NCBI RefSeq assembly: GCF_015679325.1
Contig: NZ_JADPVI010000002.1
Location: 50,798-114,797, forward strand
DNA: 64,000 nt
Direction: 5' to 3'
Source of the DNA: Kaistella gelatinilytica
GTDB lineage: Bacteria > Bacteroidota > Bacteroidia > Flavobacteriales > Weeksellaceae
Shown: positions 8,661-18,384 of the stretch, one piece after another
Numbering within the stretch: position 1 is the first letter of the stretch
Layout of the letters: every line of letters starts with the position of its first letter
Notes under the pieces: model-generated
Database searches by the model: none
What the model saw: only the letters and a program-made list of their open reading frames with translations
Told to the model about the DNA's origin: nothing
Position numbers and translations under genes: made by a program

Positions 8661-10490
8661 TTATTTCTTAAAATTCTTTTCCAGATCTTTCTTAAATTCG
8701 GGCTGAACCACGATTTTAGTTTTTGCTTTTTGCTCATCGATGATCTCCTGAAGTTTTTGCTCAGTTACAGCATCTTTCAAAAGGTCTGCAGCTTCAGCTT
8801 GCGTCATTTGCGTTGGAGGCAAAATTTGGTCAATTGCAATAACCAAAGAACGCTGTTCCATTTTGGTTTGATGAACACCGGTTTTGAAAGGTACTTTGTA
8901 TTTCGTGAACACATCAGCATCTTCCGACATTTCGCCTTTCTCGAAATTGATGAGGATCTGTTTTTTATCGTTCAGTTTACCGTAATATTTGGCTTTCAAA
9001 GTTTCCCAGTTTTTAGGATCTTTAATGGCTTTTTCGATCTCGCTGTTCAATTTGTCGTCAGCAATAATTGCCACTCTGCCATCGGCTCTGTTTCCCCAGA
9101 TAAATTTCGATTTGTTTTTGTTGTAATATTCGGTCGCCCATTCCGGGTGTTTTGCAACTTCTTCTGTAAGATATTTGGAGAAAATATAATCTGAGTAAAG
9201 CCCTTTTTTGAATTCGGCCAGATCTTTTTTAATGTTGGGTAGATCTGTAAAATCCTTACTGTAAAATTTCAACAGATCTTGAGTATTCACGCCGGATATC
9301 GCATCACTCCACAGCGCCGGACTTAATTTCTCAGCTTCTTCTTTTTTGTCACCAATGATTTTCTTAAGATCTCCAACCGTAGTTTTGTGGCTTTTATATT
9401 GATAAAGCACCGAATTATCTTTGGCAGCATTAAAATTTAAATACGATTTTTTTACATTCGCAAATTCAGGGAATTCTTTATAAGATGGATCACCTTTTAA
9501 ATAAGCGATCATTTTATCCTGAAGCATTTCTGCATACAAAGAGCTGTTCATTTCGCGCAGGAAAAAATCGCGATTCTTATCCGTCAAAGCATAAGGTTCT
9601 GCATTATAAATATTAAATACAAAATAACTTTCCCCGAAAAGCAAAGGTTCTGGCGTGAAATAACCCGCTTTTTTTCCTTTAAACAGTTCATAAACTTCAT
9701 CAGGAAGTGTGGGAGAACCCATTACTACTCCACCATTTTGTTTTTCGTGATCATTGGCGCCGTATAATTTTGCGACATCCTGAAAACTTTTTCCCGCTTT
9801 TAGATCTGCATAAATTTTGGTTTTCATCGCTTCTGAATTTGCATCTTTCGGATAAGAAATGGTTCCAAAAATCACATATCCCAAAGTCGGACGAGAGTTT
9901 AAAACCTTTCCAAAAGCAACAAATCCTGAATTATTGAAGAATTTTGTGTAAGAATTATTGGGTAATACTTTAAGCTCCGAATACAAGTCGTTATCTACAC
10001 TACCAGGTTTTACGTAAACCGCTTTCGCGCTTCCTTTTGTATATTTGGTAATCGCTTCATCCATGGTGATCTTCCCGGATTTCACATCATTATAGATCTG
10101 CTGATAATCATTTTTATCATCTGCTGATTTCTGAACCATAAAGATCTGCACCTCTTTTTCCGTTTGATTGTCTTTCATGTAAGCATTAAAAACCGGATCG
10201 ATGACATTGGCAGGGTAAAAATATTTGGTACGCAAACCATCTTCTTTTTCGCTCATTTTTTCCCGGAATGCCGCGGTGGTATCTGCTTTTTTCTGCTGCG
10301 CAAACTGTTGCAGCAAAATAAAATCCTGTGTTGTGCTGATCGTTTTATCAACACCGGTGTTCTGCAAACCGTACTGATATTCCTTTTTAAAATCTGCAAG
10401 AGAAATGCTGTCTTTACCGATGATCATATATTGCGCAGCCATTTTACCGCCTAAACCAGCCATCAAGATGATAACAAATAATTTTTTCAT
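8661..10490 (-). CDS. SurA-N domain / PpiC-type peptidylprolyl isomerase paralogue
   Basis: 609 aa with a signal peptide. It is tandem with the previous PPIase, the usual Flavobacteriia arrangement of two adjacent SurA-like genes. Confidence 0.65.
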   Translation of the reverse strand: MKKLFVIILMAGLGGKMAAQYMIIGKDSISLADFKKEYQYGLQNTGVDKTISTTQDFILLQQFAQQKKADTTAAFREKMSEKEDGLRTKYFYPANVIDPVFNAYMKDNQTEKEVQIFMVQKSADDKNDYQQIYNDVKSGKITMDEAITKYTKGSAKAVYVKPGSVDNDLYSELKVLPNNSYTKFFNNSGFVAFGKVLNSRPTLGYVIFGTISYPKDANSEAMKTKIYADLKAGKSFQDVAKLYGANDHEKQNGGVVMGSPTLPDEVYELFKGKKAGYFTPEPLLFGESYFVFNIYNAEPYALTDKNRDFFLREMNSSLYAEMLQDKMIAYLKGDPSYKEFPEFANVKKSYLNFNAAKDNSVLYQYKSHKTTVGDLKKIIGDKKEEAEKLSPALWSDAISGVNTQDLLKFYSKDFTDLPNIKKDLAEFKKGLYSDYIFSKYLTEEVAKHPEWATEYYNKNKSKFIWGNRADGRVAIIADDKLNSEIEKAIKDPKNWETLKAKYYGKLNDKKQILINFEKGEMSEDADVFTKYKVPFKTGVHQTKMEQRSLVIAIDQILPPTQMTQAEAADLLKDAVTEQKLQEIIDEQKAKTKIVVQPEFKKDLEKNFKK

Positions 10491-10560
10491 AATTCAGTCT
10501 TCTTCAGATGAAGATTAATTTTTAAAGTTGAAATAGTGAGATTGTAGCAAAGTATAAAAG

Positions 10561-11481
10561 TTAAACTTCCACTTCAAAAGTGGTTAAATCTTTGAAGTTT
10601 TTAATTCTCGCGATGATTTCAGCTTCTGTAACTTCCTGTAATTTTTCGGTTCCGAACTTCTCCACGGTGAAAGATGCCATGGCTGAACCAACGATCAATG
10701 CAGATTTCATAGTTTCAAAACTAAAATTTTCTTTTTTTGCCAGATAGGCTGCAAAACCACCTGCGAAAGTATCACCCGCTCCGGTTGGATCGAAAACATC
10801 TTCTAATGGTAGAGCAGGAATTGCAAATATTTTTCCGTCGTGGAAAAGCAATGCGCCGTGTTCTCCTTTTTTAATGATGACAAACTTAGGACCCAATTCG
10901 TGGATTTTCTTCGCAGCTTTTACCAAAGAATATTCGCCGGAAAGTTGTCTTGCTTCTTCATCATTAATACTGATGACATCTGTTTTTGCGATCATTTGCA
11001 ATAAAATATCCATTGCAGAATCCATCCAGAAATTCATGGTATCAAGAATCACCAGTTTCGGACGGTTATTCATTTTCTCTAAAACAGAAAGTTGTACACC
11101 TGGATGAAGATTTCCCAATAATAAAATCTCTGCATCTTGCATCGATTCTGGGATTTTTGGATCGAAATGTTCCAAAACATTCACTTCAGTCACCAAAGTA
11201 TCTCTGGAATTCAAATCGTTGTGATATTTACCACTCCAGAAAAAAGTTTTACCGTCTTTTACAATTTCAATTCCTTCGATGTTGACGCCTCTGTTTGTAA
11301 GCATATCAAGATCTGACTGTGGAAAATCGCCACCGACGATGGAGACAATTCCTGATTCCACTTTAAGAACCGAAGAAGCCAAAGTAATGTAAGTTGCCGC
11401 GCCACCTAAGATCTTATCTGTTTTTCCGAACGGAGTTTCTATGGCGTCAAAAGCGACTGAACCAACGACTAATAATTTCAT
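10561..11481 (-). CDS. PfkB-family carbohydrate kinase (ribokinase-like)
   Basis: 306 aa. Contains 'DPTGAGDTFAGGFAAYL', the PfkB signature 2, and an N-terminal GG motif. Confidence 0.85.
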   Translation of the reverse strand: MKLLVVGSVAFDAIETPFGKTDKILGGAATYITLASSVLKVESGIVSIVGGDFPQSDLDMLTNRGVNIEGIEIVKDGKTFFWSGKYHNDLNSRDTLVTEVNVLEHFDPKIPESMQDAEILLLGNLHPGVQLSVLEKMNNRPKLVILDTMNFWMDSAMDILLQMIAKTDVISINDEEARQLSGEYSLVKAAKKIHELGPKFVIIKKGEHGALLFHDGKIFAIPALPLEDVFDPTGAGDTFAGGFAAYLAKKENFSFETMKSALIVGSAMASFTVEKFGTEKLQEVTEAEIIARIKNFKDLTTFEVEV

Positions 11482-11533
11482 TTATAATTTAATTTAAAGT
11501 GTTATTGAGTAAATTTTTTATTTAATATTCGAA

Positions 11534-12130
11534 TTATTTCCAGTTAAAAGTGTCTATTAAATGGAGCAGATCTTTTTTGATGTAATCGATCGCAGGAGCC
11601 AAAGAATCGGGTTTTGGTCTCGTGTTGAAGTAGAGATTCGCCGTCACATAATGTCTTGTAGAATCGGTGACAAAAAATTGCAGATTAGAAGCAGTTGGTC
11701 CTTTTAATTCATAGAAATTACCAAAAACACGACGTTCCGGATAATTAAAGGATTTGGTGTCAATAGAACTTGCTTTGATCGTATGTTCATAAACCATCTT
11801 CTCAGATTCTTTCACGTGAACATCCAGATCATTTTTTACCGGAAAATAAGTAATAAAGACTTTAGCCTTCATTTTCGGGTAATCGATATAATACCAGCAA
11901 GGATTTTTAGCATTTTCGATCTTCGCGAAACTGGAATATTCAAAATCAAAGTTACAGGGCGAGGTGAATTTTTGATATTTCCCTTCCGGATATTCTAACC
12001 GCAGTTCACCCGATGGTTTCGGCTGCGTTTCTTTCGCACAGGAAATCAAAGCAAACCCTAAAAAAGTGAACAGGAGTTTTTTAAACATTTTGCAAAAATA
12101 CGAATTAGTTTTAGATTTCAAATTTTTCAT
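11534..12130 (-). CDS. gldD: GldD-like gliding-motility/T9SS-associated lipoprotein (putative)
   Basis: 198 aa. Lipobox 'ALISC'. 'QPKPSGELRLEYP' and 'FYELKGPTASNLQFFVTDSTRHY' resemble the GldD family as I remember it; I cannot align it here. It lies immediately downstream of mutY, as gldD does in Flavobacterium. Confidence 0.45.
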   Translation of the reverse strand: MKNLKSKTNSYFCKMFKKLLFTFLGFALISCAKETQPKPSGELRLEYPEGKYQKFTSPCNFDFEYSSFAKIENAKNPCWYYIDYPKMKAKVFITYFPVKNDLDVHVKESEKMVYEHTIKASSIDTKSFNYPERRVFGNFYELKGPTASNLQFFVTDSTRHYVTANLYFNTRPKPDSLAPAIDYIKKDLLHLIDTFNWK

Positions 12131-12162
12131 TATTGAGACTTGTTTAATGGAATCAATCTCAA

Positions 12163-13203
12163 TTATTCGCCTTTAAACCGAGAAGAAAGGTAATTTTCCA
12201 AAGGTTTGGGAAAAGATTTCTGATGAGAATCATCAAAGGTAATTGCAGAAAATTCTTCATCAACAGAAAATTGATCGAATATTTTTTTTGAAGATAAAGT
12301 CACTTTATAAATATGAATGGTGAGATTTTTATGCGTGAGTTTATGCAATATCTTCTTCTGTCCCGTGATAAACTTCTCAAAACTTTCCGGAATTTGAATC
12401 GGAAATTCGTAGAGTTTTTTCCAGATAAAATCTTCTTTTCGCTGTTTGATCAGGAATTGATCTTTAAACTCTACAAAATAGTAGGTAAGTTCAAGATCAG
12501 TGGGTTTTACTTTCTTGGTCTTTACCGGAAATAATGGAATTTTACCCAAATTAAAAGCGAGGCAATCTTCGTTTAAAGGACAATATAAACAGACTGGATT
12601 TTTCGGTTTACAAATCTCTGAACCCAGATCCATCATGGCTTCGTTGAAATGACCGGCTTCATTTTCGGGCATCATTTTCAAAGCCAATTCAGAGAAATAA
12701 TCAAAAGCTTTTGAATGCGAAACATCGAAATCATCGGCAAAAACCCGGGATAACACGCGGTAGAAATTACCGTCAACTGCCGCGATTTTTTTACCGAAGC
12801 AAATGCTAGAAATTGCTGCAGCAGTATATTTCCCGACCCCTTTTAACTGTAAAATATCATTATGATCAGAAGGGAAAACGCCATTAAAATCATTAATAAT
12901 CTGTAACGCTGCTTTATGTAAATTTAAAGCACGGGAATAATATCCCAAACCTTTCCAATAAAGTAAAACCTCGTCTGTATGTGCATTTGCTAAAGTTTGA
13001 ACATCGGGAAATCTTTCTATAAAATTTCGGTAATGATTCAAGCCCTGTTCAATTCTTGTTTGCTGAAAAATGATTTCGCAGATCCAAATTTTATATGGAT
13101 CGCTGGTTTTGCGAAAGGGTAAATCCCGGCCGTTGATTTCGTACCAATCGAGCAATTTCCTACCAACATGAAGAAAATCAGCATTTTGTTTTTTTGTTTT
13201 CAA
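12163..13203 (-). CDS. mutY: A/G-specific adenine DNA glycosylase
   Basis: 346 aa. HhH-GPD motif 'LKGVGKYTAAAI', a 4Fe-4S Cys cluster 'C..C..CP....C', and a C-terminal NUDIX-like domain. Confidence 0.85.
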   Translation of the reverse strand: MKTKKQNADFLHVGRKLLDWYEINGRDLPFRKTSDPYKIWICEIIFQQTRIEQGLNHYRNFIERFPDVQTLANAHTDEVLLYWKGLGYYSRALNLHKAALQIINDFNGVFPSDHNDILQLKGVGKYTAAAISSICFGKKIAAVDGNFYRVLSRVFADDFDVSHSKAFDYFSELALKMMPENEAGHFNEAMMDLGSEICKPKNPVCLYCPLNEDCLAFNLGKIPLFPVKTKKVKPTDLELTYYFVEFKDQFLIKQRKEDFIWKKLYEFPIQIPESFEKFITGQKKILHKLTHKNLTIHIYKVTLSSKKIFDQFSVDEEFSAITFDDSHQKSFPKPLENYLSSRFKGE

Positions 13204-13213
13204 AAATTCTTAT

Positions 13214-13221
13214 TATATTTG
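13214..13221 (+). promoter_or_regulatory. Bacteroidetes sigma-A -7 box (TAnnTTTG) for the HU gene
   Basis: 'TATATTTG' ends about 30 nt upstream of the ATG at 13251. Confidence 0.4.
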
Positions 13222-13250
13222 CACACCAAAAATATAAATAAAAAAAGGAA

Positions 13251-13541
13251 ATGACAAAGGCAGAATTGGTAAATACTATCTCAAACAAATTGGGAACTGA
13301 AAAGAATGAAACTCAGAAAGTTGTGGAAGCATTCATGCAGGAAATCAGAACTTCAATGTACAGCGGTGAGAATGTTTATTTACGAGGCTTCGGTTCATTT
13401 ATAATCAAGACTAGAGCAGCAAAAACGGGAAGAAATATTTCTAAAAATACAGCAATTGAGATCCCGGCTCACAATATCCCAGCTTTCAAACCTTCGAAAA
13501 CATTTGTAGAGAAAGTAAAAACCAAAGTTTTAGTAAAATAA
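13251..13541 (+). CDS. HU family DNA-binding protein
   Basis: 96 aa. 'MTKAELVNTIS...' and 'RGFGSF' arm; classic HU/IHF fold. Confidence 0.9.
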   Translation: MTKAELVNTISNKLGTEKNETQKVVEAFMQEIRTSMYSGENVYLRGFGSFIIKTRAAKTGRNISKNTAIEIPAHNIPAFKPSKTFVEKVKTKVLVK

Positions 13542-13584
13542 TTAACTAAAGAAAATATACGTTACAAACAAAAAAATTTAAATT

Positions 13585-13674
13585 ATGCCAAGCGGAAAGA
13601 AAAGAAAGAGACACAAGGTTGCAACTCACAAAAGAAAGAAAAGAAGAAGAGCGAATAGACACAAGAAAAAATAA
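13585..13674 (+). CDS. 29-aa extremely basic peptide (MPSGKKRKRHKVATHKRKKRRRANRHKKK), ribosomal-protein-like
   Basis: ATG..TAA ORF not in the supplied track because it is too short. 21 of 29 residues are K, R or H. It lies between hup and rng, in the same orientation. Confidence 0.3.
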   Translation: MPSGKKRKRHKVATHKRKKRRRANRHKKK

Positions 13675-13920
13675 TCCATTCGCGATTTACAATATAACAA
13701 TATAGTTGGTGTTTTTATATGATTAAAATCTCACCGACTATATTTTTGTTTTACCCCAAAGTCAGAAACAGAAAATAAGATTTACACGATCATCTTTTCT
13801 TCTGATTTTTTTAAGTTAAACACCTCTAAAAAAGACTAATTAAAATTTTTAAATTTCAGAGTGTTAGAATTTATTCTACATTATTTTGAGCCCTAAATCT
13901 TTTAATTTCCTATTATTACA
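13675..13920 (+). other. long AT-rich leader (possible 5' UTR) of the RNase G/E gene
   Basis: About 245 nt with no ORF upstream of rng. RNase E-family genes are commonly autoregulated through structured leaders. Confidence 0.25.
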
Positions 13921-15480
13921 ATGAAGAAAGAACTGATAATTTCACATGAAGCTGCGCATTCTAAAATCGCGCTGCTCGAAGACGGACGTCTTTTTGAACT
14001 CCACGAACAGGAGGACAAAAGCGATTTCGTTGTTGGTGATCTATTTATCGGAAAGGTAAAAAAACTCGCACCCAATCTTAATGCTGCGTTTGTAAGCATC
14101 GGTTATGAAAAAGATGCATTCTTGCATTACCAGGATTTGGGTCCGCAATTTCTCACGTACAAAAAATTTCTGCAGGACACTATTTCTAAAAAGCAGCAAA
14201 ACTCTTCTCTGAAAAGTTTTGAGGTTCAAAAGGAAATCGACAAAAACGGAAATATCGAAAAAGTTCTCGCAAAAGACGACAGCGTTATTTTGCAGATCAC
14301 AAAAGAACCCATTTCTACAAAAGGTCCAAGAATATCTACACAAATCTCTTTAACAGGAAGATTTTTGGTATTGATTCCCTTTGACAAAAGTGTTTCGATC
14401 TCCAAAAAGATCGGCAATGCTGAAGAAAGAGAGCGTTTACGAACATTAATTGAAAGCATTAAACCAGAAGGTTTTGGTGTTATCATAAGAACAGTTGCTG
14501 AAGGAAAAAAAGTAGCTGAACTTCATAACGATATGAATCAATTGATTCAAAAATGGGAGAATACGTTCAAAAATCTTCAGAAAAATAAAGTTCCGAGCAA
14601 AGTTCTAAGCGAACAGGATAAAGCATCTTCTATTTTACGGGATAATTTCAATGCAGATTTCGTTTCGATCATCTGTGATGATGAGCAAATGGTAGATGAA
14701 ATGCGGAATTATATTGAAGTGATTGCGCCGGAAAGAAAAAATATTGTACAGTTCTACGACAAACCTATTCCTTTGATGGAATACTATAACGTGGAAAAAC
14801 AGCTGAAACAAAGTTTTGGAAAACACGTGAATATTCCAAGTTCCAAAGGAGCTTATCTTGTCATTGAGCATACAGAAGCACTTCACGTGGTTGATGTTAA
14901 CTCCGGAAATAATATTTCCTCTGGAAATGCAGCAAAAAACGAACATGCTCTGAGTGTGAATAAAATGGCGGCTACCGAAATTGCGCGACAACTCAGACTT
15001 CGAGATATGGGCGGAATTATTGTTGTAGATTTTATCGATATGATCAGTGCAGATCATCGCAGAGATTTGTTTGAACATTTGAAAGAAGAAATGGCACGTG
15101 ACAAAGCACGGCACAAAATTTTACCACCGAGCAAATTTGGTCTCATCCAGATGACGCGACAAAGAACGCGCCCTGAAAATCAAATTGAAACAAAAGAAGA
15201 AAACCCGAATATTGACGGTGAAATTCTTGCACCAATTGTCGTAGTTGAAAGAATGGAAGAAGTGATTCGAAACATTATTCAGATCGAAAAAGGCAAGATA
15301 TTTCTACATGTTCATCCGTTTGTAGAAGCTTATTTAACGAAAGGTTTTATGAGTATTCAGGTTAAATGGTTTTTGAAGTACAAAAAATGGGTAACCATTA
15401 TTCCTAGAGATTCGTTCAAATATTTGGAGTATAAACTGATCAATTCCAAAAAAGAAGAATTGAAAAGTTATTCCAATTAA
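13921..15480 (+). CDS. rng: ribonuclease G/E family endoribonuclease
   Basis: 519 aa. S1 domain 'GDLFIGKVKKLAPNLNAAFVSIG' and the catalytic region 'HVVDVNSG...DMGGIIVVDFIDM' of the RNase E/G family. Confidence 0.85.
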   Translation: MKKELIISHEAAHSKIALLEDGRLFELHEQEDKSDFVVGDLFIGKVKKLAPNLNAAFVSIGYEKDAFLHYQDLGPQFLTYKKFLQDTISKKQQNSSLKSFEVQKEIDKNGNIEKVLAKDDSVILQITKEPISTKGPRISTQISLTGRFLVLIPFDKSVSISKKIGNAEERERLRTLIESIKPEGFGVIIRTVAEGKKVAELHNDMNQLIQKWENTFKNLQKNKVPSKVLSEQDKASSILRDNFNADFVSIICDDEQMVDEMRNYIEVIAPERKNIVQFYDKPIPLMEYYNVEKQLKQSFGKHVNIPSSKGAYLVIEHTEALHVVDVNSGNNISSGNAAKNEHALSVNKMAATEIARQLRLRDMGGIIVVDFIDMISADHRRDLFEHLKEEMARDKARHKILPPSKFGLIQMTRQRTRPENQIETKEENPNIDGEILAPIVVVERMEEVIRNIIQIEKGKIFLHVHPFVEAYLTKGFMSIQVKWFLKYKKWVTIIPRDSFKYLEYKLINSKKEELKSYSN

Positions 15481-15540
15481 GAATCAAGGTAAAAGTAAAA
15501 AGAGCCATTAAAAACAAATGATCTTTTTAATAAAAATTAT

Positions 15541-15566
15541 AACTCCCGAAAATTCGGGAGTTTTTT
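15541..15566 (+). terminator. rho-independent terminator after rng
   Basis: Hairpin 'aactcccgaaaattcgggagtt' followed by 'ttttt'. Confidence 0.65.
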
Positions 15567-15667
15567 GCATTAAAAACGACATAAAGTGACAAGTTTTTTT
15601 CGAGAATACCCTCAATTTTAACCTTTCCTTAAAACATAATCAAAAACTCTTTTCCTAAATTTGTGAT

Positions 15668-16297
15668 ATGGAAATTTTCGGTAGAGATTTACTCAAACAA
15701 ATACAAAATGCACAGTTAGAAGGTGAAAATGCACATCAAATTTATTCTCCACCTTACAGACCGCTGTTTTCTTATGAAGAAATTCTAACTAAAGATCCAA
15801 AATTCGCGGCCGTAAACATTCTCCTTTATTTGAAAGACAATGAATGGTATTTTCCGCTTATGGTAAGAACGACAAATGATCGCGACCGACACAGCGGACA
15901 AATTTCCCTTCCCGGCGGAAAAAAAGAAGAATACGACGAAAATTTCGAAGTGACCGCAAAAAGAGAAACGTCCGAAGAGATGGGAATCGACATTCATTAC
16001 AACAGGATCATCCGGGAAATGTCACCGATCTATATACCACCGAGCAACTTTTACGTGAGAGCTTTTGTGTCTTATACCAAAAAAAATCCCGAATTTATAC
16101 TGCAAAAAACGGAAGCGGTAGAATTGATTGAATTTCCTGTAACTGCACTTTTAAGTCTGTCTGAACAACCTGAAATGATGGTGTTACCAAGTTCGCGAGG
16201 TGTACAGGTTCCCGTGATTAACTTCAACAATTATATTATTTGGGGCGCAACTTCAATGATTTTAAGTGAATTTAGCCACTTGCTGAAAAATTTGTAA
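15668..16297 (+). CDS. NUDIX hydrolase (CoA pyrophosphatase-like)
   Basis: 209 aa. NUDIX box 'GGKKEEYDENFEVTAKRETSEEMGI'. Confidence 0.75.
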   Translation: MEIFGRDLLKQIQNAQLEGENAHQIYSPPYRPLFSYEEILTKDPKFAAVNILLYLKDNEWYFPLMVRTTNDRDRHSGQISLPGGKKEEYDENFEVTAKRETSEEMGIDIHYNRIIREMSPIYIPPSNFYVRAFVSYTKKNPEFILQKTEAVELIEFPVTALLSLSEQPEMMVLPSSRGVQVPVINFNNYIIWGATSMILSEFSHLLKNL

Positions 16298-16315
16298 ATT
16301 CGCGGATTATGTAAA

Positions 16316-17149
16316 TTGACAATGGCGAAGAAAAATATATTTACCGATGCATTCGGTAACCTCTATTTCCTGAAAAGACTGATTATTTTTGTGTTGGGAA
16401 TGGTTTCTTACAGACGATTCAACGGATTTAACAAACTGAAAATAACAGGAACGGAAAATCTCGTTGATTTGCCAGATTCCAACGTTTTATTCGTATCAAA
16501 CCACCAAACTTACTTTGCAGACGTTGCTGCGATGTATCATGCATTTTGCGCGGTGAATAACGGCTATCTTAATTCCATCAAAAATCCAATTTATCTACTG
16601 AATCCAAAAGTAGATTTCTACTACGTTGCGGCTGAAGAAACAATGAAGGCTGGTTTTATGACCAAAATTTTCGCTTTAGCAGGAGCAGTTACGGTAAAAA
16701 GAACTTGGCGTGCTGAAGGGAAAGATGTGAACAGAATGGTTGATCTTACCGAGGTTGATAATATAATGAAAGCACTGGACAACGGTTGGTTGATCACATT
16801 TCCACAAGGAACTACTTCTGCCTTTGCGCAGGGAAGAAAAGGAACGGCGCGGTTGGTAAAAAACCAAAGACCCATTGTAATTCCAATAAAAATAAATGGA
16901 TTTCGACGAGCTTTTGACAAAAAGGGATTACGCGTAAAAGTTACCGGTGTAAAACCAACGATGGAATTTAAAAAGCCTCTCAATATCGATTACGATAAAG
17001 ATGATGCCCAAACAATTTTGAATAAGATCATGGTAGGAATTGAACAGTCGGAAGAATTTAACATTCTGCACGATTATGATCAAGAATTAAAAGCACAAAA
17101 AACGGAAGCTGAACTGGAAAACGACAGTAAAAAGAAAAATATTTATTAA
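16316..17149 (+). CDS. 1-acyl-sn-glycerol-3-phosphate acyltransferase family (PlsC-like)
   Basis: 277 aa. HX4D motif 'NHQTYFAD' and a later 'FPQGT' motif. Confidence 0.75.
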   Translation: MTMAKKNIFTDAFGNLYFLKRLIIFVLGMVSYRRFNGFNKLKITGTENLVDLPDSNVLFVSNHQTYFADVAAMYHAFCAVNNGYLNSIKNPIYLLNPKVDFYYVAAEETMKAGFMTKIFALAGAVTVKRTWRAEGKDVNRMVDLTEVDNIMKALDNGWLITFPQGTTSAFAQGRKGTARLVKNQRPIVIPIKINGFRRAFDKKGLRVKVTGVKPTMEFKKPLNIDYDKDDAQTILNKIMVGIEQSEEFNILHDYDQELKAQKTEAELENDSKKKNIY

Positions 17150-17595
17150 TGAAAAAAGTAATTTTTATATTTTTAATATTGATTTTAGCGAGCTGTAAAA
17201 CTCAGAATAAATATTCGGATTTTGATTACAGTTATTCTCGCAGTGGTGGTTTCGCGCCGATTTATGAAAATCTTTTGATCAAAGGCAACAACGCTCATTA
17301 TTCTTTTGAAGCACAGGAGAAAAAAATCAAAAAGGATTTTCAAATTTCTAATGAAGATCTGAAAAACATCGAATCGGTTCTTACCCAAAATAATTTTCGA
17401 AGCATTCAGGAAGATTATAAAAAAATTTATGATCACATTTCAACCGCCATTAATGTAACAAATGGTGCAAATTCTGGAAGAAAATCCGATGCTGCCTATA
17501 TTATGGCGAAAGATCAAAAACGTTGGGAAGCAGTAACGAATGTTTTTAAGCAGATCATTTCCGCAAACACGAATGTCGTAGGTTCTAAAAAATAA
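17149..17595 (+). CDS. hypothetical lipoprotein (148 aa)
   Basis: 'LILASCKTQ' lipobox. The start overlaps the stop of the upstream gene. Confidence 0.5.
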   Translation: MKKVIFIFLILILASCKTQNKYSDFDYSYSRSGGFAPIYENLLIKGNNAHYSFEAQEKKIKKDFQISNEDLKNIESVLTQNNFRSIQEDYKKIYDHISTAINVTNGANSGRKSDAAYIMAKDQKRWEAVTNVFKQIISANTNVVGSKK

Positions 17596-17604
17596 TTTCC
17601 TGTA

Positions 17605-18150
17605 ATGATTTCTTTTCCTGCTCTACTCGATTATTCTAAAGAGAAAACCCGCGTCCTGATCTACACTTCAAATCCATCGATTGCGAAATTAGTTGTAGAA
17701 GTTTTGAATTTTTCCGGTAAAGAATTTGACTTTTTTCTTGAGGATGGCTTGATTAAAAATGACAATAATGATTTTGTTATTTTTGAAACTTCCGATATAG
17801 AAAAAGCTTCTCAGTTTAAACCAACTATATTCTTTATTTCAAAGGAAATTAGCAGCGAAAAATTAGATCCGGCTTTAAGAACAATTACACCCGGTGGAAT
17901 TCTAATTTATCCAAATGAACTGGAAACGATTGTTGAAGAATGTCCGCATTATTTCAGAAAACTCCCTTTTCAATCATCTGTCTTTCAAAAAAACAACGAT
18001 CAATTTGTTCTTACGACAGAAATAGGATCAATTCCACTGATTTCAAAGGATGAAAATTTAGTAATGAACTTCGAGGGAATTAAATTACTTTGCCAGCAGT
18101 TTGGCGTTATGGAAGAAGAATTTTATGAACCCACGATGAGTTTTGAATAA
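17605..18150 (+). CDS. hypothetical protein (181 aa)
   Basis: ORF only. No recognised motif. Confidence 0.45.
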   Translation: MISFPALLDYSKEKTRVLIYTSNPSIAKLVVEVLNFSGKEFDFFLEDGLIKNDNNDFVIFETSDIEKASQFKPTIFFISKEISSEKLDPALRTITPGGILIYPNELETIVEECPHYFRKLPFQSSVFQKNNDQFVLTTEIGSIPLISKDENLVMNFEGIKLLCQQFGVMEEEFYEPTMSFE

Positions 18151-18157
18151 TTTTTTT

Positions 18158-18318
18158 TAGGAGCCTGTTTAAATTTATAAGCCACAAAAGAAAAAGTAGA
18201 GATGCTGCTCTTTAATGTGAAAAAAAGTTACGGAATGCTTATTTTTACTTTAAACCGAATTCAATTCTTCTTAACTTTTTGTTCCTTTTGTAGTTTTATT
18301 TAAATTTAGCAGGCTCTA
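18158..18318. repeat. ~160-bp element bounded by 19-bp imperfect inverted repeats
   Basis: Left arm 'taggagcctgtttaaattta' (18158..18177). Right arm 'taaatttagcaggctcta' (18301..18318) is its reverse complement with 2 differences. Confidence 0.4.
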
Positions 18319-18384
18319 CGATTTACTTTATTTTTTTTCGCTATAAATCATTTTTCGAAAGTCTGAAAATTTCATTAATTTTAC

